A stretch of 64,000 bases of DNA from Eledone cirrhosa (Eukaryota): NCBI GenBank assembly GCA_964016885.1, contig OZ024743.1:203484001-203548000 (forward strand), read 5' to 3'. A program made the translations under genes and the position numbers. Of this stretch, positions 53,982 to 64,000 are shown piece by piece (within the stretch, counting starts at the first letter, position 1; each line of letters starts with the position of its first letter). Under the pieces are notes generated by a model. The model saw only the letters and a list, made by a program, of their open reading frames with translations, did no database searches and was not told the origin of the DNA.

Positions 53982-54160
53982 AATTGTTTCTACTTTAGGC
54001 ACAAGGCCAGCAAATACCCAGTGCATTACTGGTACTTTATTTTATCGACCCCGTAAGGATGAAAGGCAAAGTCAACCTCGGTGGGATTTGAACTCAGATC
54101 GTAAAGGGACGTAACTATGCTGGAAAGCATGGCGTCCGACCCTCCACCGATACTACCAAT
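53982..54160 (-). mobile_element. SINE copy
   Basis: Reverse complement of the full SINE. Confidence 0.85.
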
Positions 54161-54521
54161 GGCTGCATATCAGTTCCGAGAATTACCATCCCTTGCCGTT
54201 TTACCCATACAGGGGTGGCACAACCATGACACTTTAGCTCTCCAATGACTTAGATTCTATTCTGTATATGCTGCAGTGAAAACAAAAGGAAAAGGCCATG
54301 CTCACGCAACACAGAGGGAAGTTGTTTAGAAGAACAGGTCAACATCATTGGCTGACAGCGAGTCGCAGGTTATACATGACAATGGACCTTCTCTTAGAAT
54401 AATGTTGTAACAAGAACTAGGAGTCTTTCACTCCCAGTGGGCTAATCACGGCTCGGGCACCAAGCAGAATATTTCCATCTCCCTGCACATACATACATAC
54501 ATACATACATACATACATACA

Positions 54522-54552
<31 letters not shown>

Positions 54553-55175
54553 GAAAGAGTATTGGTGGAATGTTCCAGTAAAAACCCCAATAAAATGCAG
54601 GCATAACAGACCAGCTATTATGATATGGGACAGGGAGAAGAAAACATGCACAGTAGTGGAAATTAGCTGCCCAGCAGATGCCAATATAATATCAAAGATT
54701 AGCGAAAAGGAGAATATTTATTCAGAACTGATGAGAAATCTGCAGATACTCCACCCTGATTACACCTGCAGATTTATGCCTGTGATTATTGGGGCACTGG
54801 GGTATGTTAGTAACTGATTCAATACAAATCTTGAGAAGCTAGGCATCACAGGAACAGAAAGAACACAACTAGTTAGGAAATTACAAGTACAATCCATTAA
54901 TGGAACAGTAAAAATATGTAAAACATTCCAAAAATTTGCATCTAATAACTGCATATGCACATGTACAGATACAAAGCATATACACATGCACACATACAAC
55001 TCAAAACATCCACATCCACACATACAATAACATCCATATCTACACACGCATGCATGCATACATAATCTACCTAGTTGATGTTGTCTAAATTCCAATGAGA
55101 GAGTCTTGTGTCTATGTTAGAAACCGACTCTCTCTTTTTATTTGGAAAAAATTTGTGAAATTATAAAACCAGACG
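54553..55175 (+). mobile_element. 3' fragment of an R4/Dong-like RLE LINE inside (ACAT)n
   Basis: HNRP(D>A)IMIWD..VVEISCP.D.NI..K..EK..IY..L, PVIIGALG; (ACAT)n at 54487-54550 and 55177-55220. Confidence 0.82.
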
Positions 55176-55658
55176 AACATACATACATACATACATACAT
55201 ACATACATACATACATACATAAATGATTGCACAGATACATGCATATTTACACACAGACATTCTTAAATAAATATATACATACATGCATACATACATGTAG
55301 ATAGATAGATGAAACTATATTTGCATTGTAGCTTTACCTTTAATAAGAGTTTATACAGCCTTTTGACTGGTCTTTCTGATAGGTGATGTTACCATGTAGA
55401 GGCTCCTTACATTAACTTCATATAAACATTTGTATATTGTGAATATCACCAGCTGCTCTCAGATTTCTATCTGGCCAAACACTGCAGATACAATTAAATC
55501 ACTTGGAAAATGGATCTGTAGCTTTGATTCAAAGTAAAAAGTCTTGAAATTTCTGTAAAAGTAGTAAGTAAACATGACAACGAGGGTCGTCGCAAGTAGT
55601 TGTTGCTTGACCTTCTCGAAATAGCAGCCAAATAGCTCGTTTTCTATCTGAATCTCTC

Positions 55659-55722
<64 letters not shown>

Positions 55723-55726
55723 CCTC

Positions 55727-55770
<44 letters not shown>

Positions 55771-56837
55771 TCTCTTTCTCTATCTATCTATCTATCTCTC
55801 ACTGTACCTTCCTCCCCCCTCTCTCTCTCTCTTCTTCTGTCTCCCTCACAGACACACATATTTACAAACGCACACACACACACACATACTCACACACAAA
55901 CACAATGTATATGTTAACGTAATTTGGTGGTGTTTTATCGTAGTTTATGCGTGCTTGATAGAGTAAATTGACGTTCAAACCCGACAGTTTATTATATATA
56001 TATATATTGTGCATTTAAGAATACAACGAACAATGTGTCCTCCATTTTTTAAGAGGACACGATGTGATTCGAGGATAATGAAGTTATTTTTAGCATGTTG
56101 ATTGAATATGTAGAGTCACCCTCATTGAGGCTTCTTTTCCATGGTGTAGCTGCGCTTCTTGGTCTTGGATATTCTGTTGTTATTAATTCATAACAACCTG
56201 TAATAATTGAGCAAAAAATGTTTTTAAAATTTGTTTGTTAATTCAAATATTTATAGTTTGTTCGCTTTTTACGCCAAGATGCGTTCGTGAATGCGGCGGG
56301 TAAAGTAAATTCGCCTAATTCAATATTATATTTCTGATAAATAAAACAATTAAAAACCACACATTTTATAGCGTGTTATTCGCGCAAAGTGAATATTGAA
56401 TAATATTTTTTCAAGGGGTGTTAAAGCGAATTCGCGTACTTCAACTTCGCGTAAAAAGCGAATAGACTATATTTATAGTAAACTGATCGTTGTGAAAATT
56501 TGCAATAAATACCTGAAGTATTATTTTGATGCAGTCATAGAGCTGTTTTGGGACTTTTCAACAAATTTAGGGGAAGGGCAAAAATTGGTTCAATCAACCA
56601 CAATACTTAGCTAGTACTTTACTTTATCGATCATAGAAGGATTAAAGGTAAATTTGACCTCGGCAGCATTTGAATTTAGGATGTGAAAAGCTAAATTAAA
56701 TACCGCACTAGCGTTATATCCGACGCTCTATCAATTCTGCCCATCCAACACCACTATGTTGTAGAATACATTAACTTTCAGAAAGTCCAGTAGTCATATG
56801 GAGTTTAGTTAATTGTCTCCCTTTGTAATCTTTGCAG

Positions 56838-56927
56838 GTGGCAAAATGCAAGTTGTTGCGCTTTATGAGCCAGACAATGAATCCTTAAACTTTAGTTGTG
56901 AAGCATGTGTTCCAATTGTCTGGAGAG
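56838..56927 (+). CDS. GABA-B-R3: Host exon D, GABA-B receptor-like
   Basis: tttgcag| acceptor, |gtaagt donor, 90 nt, phase 1/1 matching exon C. GGKMQVVALYEPDNESLNFSCEACVPIVWR(G); VALY.P...L.F.C..C.P..W resembles insect GABA-B-R3. Confidence 0.88.
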
Positions 56928-57329
56928 GTAAGTCACATTAGTATTATATTAAATTACATTAATACATTGGCATAGTTGATGATTTTATTATTGCTGTTAT
57001 TTTTCTATTTACGGCGGATGAAATACATTCTTTGTGAAATATATTCCATCTCATTTCACTCAGAGTTCATTTCCTGTCATGATGAACTTTGCCTTTCAGC
57101 CTTTTGAGGTCAATAAATGAAGTATCAGTCTAGTACTGGGGTCGATTCTTCCTCTAAATCTCTTTTCACTTCATATCTATCACACTCACTCCTTATCTGG
57201 AAGAAGTCAGCTGTGTACAGACCTAGAGAGAAGATGGGCTCCTGGAGGCTTAAGGTATGACCAACAAACGCTCTACGTTACTATGGTCTTACTACACCTC
57301 CACGAGGAGTTACGGGTTTAAGCTATGAG

Positions 57330-57655
57330 AGTTGTTCTAATTCGTGTTGTTGTTATTGTTGTTGTGTTCCTGTTGTTGTTCTTGTTGATGACAACGATGA
57401 CAAAGACGCTGTGGCTGCTGCTGCAACTACAATATTACTGATGATGATGATTTTTGAAGGTTATGATGCTGATGGTGGTGATGTTAATGATGATGCTGTT
57501 GTTTGTGTTATTGATGCCGGTGTTGGTGTTGTTATTTTTGTTATTGGTGATGGTGTTGATGGGGGTGCCGTAGTTGCTGCTGCTACTGCTGCTGATGCTA
57601 CTACTTCCGCAGCTACTGCTGCTGCTACTACTACTGCTGCTCTACTACTACTGCT

Positions 57656-57687
<32 letters not shown>

Positions 57688-58015
57688 CGCTGCTGATGCT
57701 ACTACTACTGTTGTTGATACAGCCGCTGCCACTACTGCTGCTGATACTGCCGCTGCTACTGCTGCAGCCACTACTACTGCTACTGCTGATGCTGCTACTA
57801 CTACTACTGCTACTGCTGCTACTACTACTACTGCTACTGCTGCTACTACTACTACTTCTACTGCTGCTACTACTACTACTGCTACTGCTACTACTACTGC
57901 TACTGCTCCTGCTACTACTACTACTGCTACTACTACTACTCCTACTGCTACTGCTGCTGGTACTGCTACTGCTACTACTACTACTACTACTGCTGCTACT
58001 ACTGCTGCTACTGGA
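57330..58015. repeat. Compound trinucleotide tract (GTT/GAT then CTA/CTG)
   Basis: Direct inspection. Confidence 0.92.
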
Positions 58016-58421
58016 TGTGATAGTTTTATATACTGCGTTATGAAAATAACGTGGAAGGAAAGTAGGAAGAACTAATAGTGACGTTACACTATGAACAGTT
58101 ATATACTTGAGAGAGAACATAGAATTATTTTTTGTTATCTACTCGTAGTACGTACCTGGATACTTATCTTCATACATACATGCATACATAAATACAGATA
58201 AACATTCATGCGTATATACATACATTACATACATAAGTAAGTATTTATATAAATGTTGAGTGTGTGTATATATGTCTATATATATATAAGGAAAAGAAAT
58301 TGAAAATCCAACTGGAGTCTTTTCAGAATATTTGTTTCTTTACGTTGCCGGTTTGACAGCTCTTATGATTTTCAAAAGTAAAATTGAGAAGGAGGTTTTG
58401 TGTTTCTGTAGCAGTTTGTCT

Positions 58422-58491
<70 letters not shown>

Positions 58492-58514
58492 TATATACAT
58501 ATATATATACATAT

Positions 58515-58577
<63 letters not shown>

Positions 58578-58588
58578 CATATATATAT

Positions 58589-58629
<41 letters not shown>

Positions 58630-58632
58630 TAT

Positions 58633-59026
<394 letters not shown>

Positions 59027-59089
59027 ATACTTTCACTCGTGTAGGACACCTCGGTTATTTTTCATTTTGTAAAAAAAACCTCACTTTCT

Positions 59090-59164
<75 letters not shown>

Positions 59165-60353
59165 GTATATATTTATATATATACATATATATACATATAT
59201 ATATATATACACAGAGGTATCCACAGTAAGTTGTGGGGTCTATTCTGAATGAAGAACTCGATTTAATCCATATGTTGAAAATGTTGTAGGTTAAGATAAA
59301 TCTCGGAAAACAATAAAACATTAAAAGGAAAACAGAGTCATGATATAAGTTAACACAATGAAATAAAAAAATCAAGTCATTAGAGATATACTTCACTGCT
59401 TTACGATCGTTTCTAGATCATGATAATACATTGTAGCTATACTAAGTTATTGATCTATGTAAGGTTAGTTACAAACTATCAGATAAAGAGAATATTTACT
59501 TACATGCATATCACCAGCTGTTTTCAAAAGCAATAATAATTTTATTCAATAATAATTTTATTCAGAATTAGTAGTATGTTAGTTTCATGTCCTTATTTGG
59601 AGGATGTTGAAGAACTAAGGAATCAAATGTTTTTTTTTTTCATATGGTGTTAAGATGAAAAGTGATATACTTTAGTTGAGGTCATGACCCTTTGAAAGGA
59701 ATGGTTGAAGGGTCTTAATAGTAGAATTGGCATAAAAATCTATTAGGAGGAAAGCGATTGTCAAACTGATAGTTGAATGTATATGGTATAGTGAATTTAA
59801 AAGGAATGTTAAAATAAATGGTGATTAGTGTTGTATTGAGTTTTAAGGTGAATATAAATTAAAGTTATGGCTAGGAAAGATAGTATATTAAAAGATGAAA
59901 AATATAATAATATTATGAAATACAGTAATGCTATAATATACAACTTAACCAACACAATATAGTACTGTGTGGTAAATTGCATTTAGTATAATATAGCATA
60001 TGATACGCTCTACAATATTATCAAGTATGTTTATGCATAAATAATCAAACTCAGATAAATACATGTTGGCATAGTTAAAACTCATACATTTCATAGATTA
60101 CAAAGTGCATATATCCACACTATATAGAGAGAGAGGTACAGTAAAATTGATATCCAACCAAAATTATACATACGCACAAATAGATGCAAATCTAAATACA
60201 CATTTACACGCATGCATATAATCATATACATACATATCCATATATATCTATATCCACACATACATATCTATACCCACATATATACATATATATATACACA
60301 CACACTCATACATACATACACACATATATATATATGTATATATACACACACAC

Positions 60354-60434
<81 letters not shown>

Positions 60435-60445
60435 TATATACATAC

Positions 60446-60476
<31 letters not shown>

Positions 60477-60999
60477 TACACATATACATATACATGTGTG
60501 AGTATATGTACACTCCTCATACATGCGCACATACTCATATATAAACACTCATACACCTATACTCACATATACACACACACAAACACACATATAAATATAC
60601 ATATATATATATACATACATACACATACACACATACAAGTATATATATATACACATATACACATAGATAAATACATATACACACACATATATATATTTCC
60701 ATATATATATATACGCACACACATAAATATATTTCCATATTACACATAGATATATATTTACTCATGCAATTACGGGTGGTTGTCTATCTGCTTGCCTTTA
60801 GTCATTAACGCATAAATCTAAGGAAGCTAAAACATTAAAAGGCAGAAGATAAGCATGAATGCACATAATTAGGGGAAAAAGATACTAATAAATGTTACTC
60901 TATATGGAATTATAGTGAGTTGCTATTTAGAATATTTAATTAGGTTTATAGTATTTAATTAGGTTTATAGTATATTAAATGTTTTTCGTATACGGTGAT

Positions 61000-61220
61000 T
61001 TCAAACTATGATCAATTCCTTTCTTTTATTTAATAAATCGTCCTTAGATTTAGTAATTTCCAAGATCTCCCCTGAACATAATCTGCATTCCCTCCTGTTC
61101 CAAAGATATGGAGTTCTTTGTTGAACGGTGTTCCACGATAACTTGGAATCTATTTTTTTCTTTTTATAATTATTTACCGTTTCAGCAAAAGATGTGGTGT
61201 TAGCTAGTTTAGTATTGTTA
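61000..61220 (-). mobile_element. PLE GIY-YIG C-terminal fragment
   Basis: TTSFAETV...LSWN...[18 protein letters not shown]. Confidence 0.65.
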
Positions 61221-61428
61221 CTATATATATATATATACATATATATATACATATATATATACATATATATACATATATACATACATATATATACATATTT
61301 ATATATATACATATATATATACATACATATGTATATATGTATACATATATACATATATATATATATATAAATATATATATATACATATATACATACATAT
61401 ATATATATAGATATGTATGTATATATAT

Positions 61429-61615
61429 TGAAGGAAGACGTGGTAGAGGTAGACCACGAAAAACATGGGCGGAGGTGGTGAGAACAGACCTCAGATCATT
61501 GAAGCTCACGGTGGAGATGACGAGGGACCGTGACGAGTGGAGAGATGCTGTGCTGAATAAGACCCGTCCCACCCTTGCAAGCAGGGAAAAGCGGACGTAA
61601 AATGATGATGATGAT
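61429..61615 (+). mobile_element. RTE 3' end fragment with (GAT)n tail in (TA)n
   Basis: [17 protein letters not shown]...; homologous to 3820-3990. Confidence 0.85.
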
Positions 61616-61722
61616 ATATATATATATATATACACATATATATATACATATATATACATATGTATATATATACATATAATATACATATATATATACATAT
61701 ATATACATATATATTTATATAC

Positions 61723-61835
<113 letters not shown>

Positions 61836-62267
61836 TATATACATATATATATATATACATATATATATACATATAACTGTTTCTACTTTAGGCACAAGGC
61901 CAGCAATTACCCAGTACATTACTGGTACTTTATTTTATCGACCCCGTAAGGATGAAGGGCAAAGTCAACCTCGGCGAGATTTGAACTCGATATAACGGCG
62001 ATGAATTAGTTTTGCGAGGTTTTTCATATTAAATCGTGTGTCGAAACAAATATTGTTATACTTGGGGAGGGTCATATTTGTTTCAGAATTAATAACAGAA
62101 CACACTCACAGTTTTCGCTTCTGTGTCTTTTATATCGGTTAATTTAATTTATTCGGTCCTCAATGTTACCATTGACTGACCAACGATCAAAAATACAGAT
62201 ATAATATAGTCACAAACACATATATATAGTCTATATATAGTCTATAGACTATATATATGTGTTTGCA

Positions 62268-64000
62268 GATTGGAGCAGTCGACGAAGTGCGCAGGTTGGT
62301 TTGGTTACTCCGGAGTAATGTAAAATAAAATAAAATAAATAAGTCAAATGTTTATGACTGCTATATATATTTCGGTGACAGCCATCTTTGGCTGTGACCT
62401 CTTCAGGCAGTCCGAATTAGTGTGGGAGAGACGAGTACACATGTTGTTGAGGTGTATAACTTTGTCAATACTCTGATATGCCCAGTTCCTGGTTGGGTTG
62501 TTATTTCACTGAGGAACTGGAATCATATGAATTTAAACCGACGAATTTCAGTGTCAAAGGGCCCCTTCTCCTGTCATTGGTCAGTTGTTAGAACATTCCT
62601 CAGTCAAAAGTCTATAGAAATTCGTTCTGAGGCAAGCCAATCTGTAGTTGTTGTTCTTGTTATTGTTATGAACATCTGACCTCTATTCTTATGTTGGTAG
62701 TGGTGTTGTTGTTGGAGTCAGCTCAAAAAAGGTGATAAAGTGGTAGAAGGAATAAGATGGTAAAGGAACAAAATAAAATAATCAAATAAAATGTGTGTGT
62801 GTATGTTATACCCATCTCAATGTTATAAAGATTTGTATGGTCAAACTTCCCATTGGTCAGTTTTGAGAGCATTCCTCAGTCCAAAGTCTATAGAAATTCT
62901 TTTTGGGGTGAAGCTCCCTGTTGTGTTTGTGTTTGCTATTGTTAAGTACATCTGACCTCTACCCTTATTTTGGTAGTGCTGTTGGTGTTGTTGTCAGCTT
63001 ATGTCTTGCTGCTGCTGACAATTTAGAAGTATCTGTGTGTGTGTTTCTTCATCCCTTCTGCCACCATCTCCCGTGGTGGTGGTGGTGGTTGGGGGGGGGG
63101 GGGGTCTGCCATGTATATGAAGAAATAGATGGCAATAAAATGAAATGAAATGAAGAAAACAGAAAATAAATAATAAATAGAGAATAAATGAAAAATTAAT
63201 GAAAAAGTAATGAAAAAATGAAGAATGAATATGGAAAATAAAAGATGAAGATGGGAAGTGCCTGGGTGAAGACCACCATGTAACACCGAACGGGAACCAC
63301 AATTTAGGCACGCAGAGGTCGATCACCCTCTGCAACTGCAGAAACCCCGAATCATGCCCCCTTGGTAATGAATGTCTTAAAACCCCCAACTCCGAACACC
63401 TCTACATAGGAGCCACATCAACGAGCTTTAAAGACTGCTGGTATAACGATCGCCATTCCTTCAATAAGGAGGCCAAAAGGAAAAGTACGGCTCTCTCCGA
63501 CCTGATCTGGAAGCTTAAGCTGGACAGTACCCCGTACTCTCTGGCCTGGTCCATAATCAGGAAAGTACCACCCGATAAAGGGGTATCTTGCATATGCAAA
63601 CTATGTCGGAACGAGACGCTCGAGATACTAAGAGGTGGAAGCGGCCTGCTAAACCTCAGAACCGTCTTCTTCGGGACATGCAGACACCTCAGGGCCGGGA
63701 CCTTCCTCAAGATATATGGACAGTAGCAACACAATAAGATGTGAACTCCCTTCTAGCTATAGGTACTTCTCCAGCACATGTAGACACCTCTCGGCCAGAC
63801 CTCCCTCGAGCTATATGTGCAGTAACAACACCATAGGTCGGGAATTCCCCTCAACCCATAGGGACCAACCCAGGCTGAGCAGACACCATGATAGCCTAGA
63901 GATTGATTCTGACACAGCCTTTATAATTTGGCCAACATCTTTATAACACACACACATTTTAATTTACTTGATTTTTGATTTTTCATTTTTGATTTCTCAT
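62268..64000. mobile_element. PLE-A copy with inversion: pLTR on - (62268-63255) joined head-to-head to GIY-YIG/3' region on + (63262-end)
   Basis: 62270-63200 matches 45610-46400 in the same orientation; 63262-63960 is the reverse complement of ~46740-47460. Confidence 0.85.
62357..62411 (-). ncRNA. Minimal type I hammerhead (PLE-A family, canonical G10.1-C11.1)
   Basis: ACUGC CUGAAGA GGUCACAGCCA aaga UGGCUGUCACC GAAA UAUAUA UA^ GCAGU. Confidence 0.85.

Noticed and set aside
57411-58120. Poly-Leu / poly-Ser ORFs
   Set aside because: Trinucleotide microsatellite within an intron; no splice or domain support.
59215-59800. Possible old PLE RT remnant on the minus strand
   Set aside because: Only vague motif resemblance; cannot be supported without alignment.

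Overview
Eukaryotic, AT-rich, microsatellite-saturated DNA, most likely an octopus (coleoid cephalopod) genome, inferred from the SINE family and the (TA)n/(TG)n load. The only host gene I can support is a + strand class C GPCR (GABA-B receptor, R3-like). Four small exons at 11717-11911, 38926-39180, 43817-43877 and 56838-56927 have canonical splice sites and join in frame. Nearly everything else is intronic mobile DNA: two inverted Tx1/L1-like LINEs around a 71-bp satellite, RTE LINEs (one with a PHD finger), CRE- and R4/Dong-like fragments, a deleted mariner, many tRNA-derived SINEs and several Penelope-like elements (PLEs). Three observations stand out. (1) A non-coding ~440-bp tandem array carries a minimal hammerhead ribozyme in each unit (retrozyme-like), plus an inverted copy starting near the predicted cleavage site. 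(2) Several distinct minimal hammerhead families are present, including a U3-A8 core variant inside a near-perfect spacer-less ~290-bp palindrome. (3) Both Tx1 copies conserve a GT-AG micro-intron-like signal containing the ORF1 stop; in one copy splicing would fuse ORF1 to ORF2 in frame. Repeat boundaries were read by eye and are approximate.
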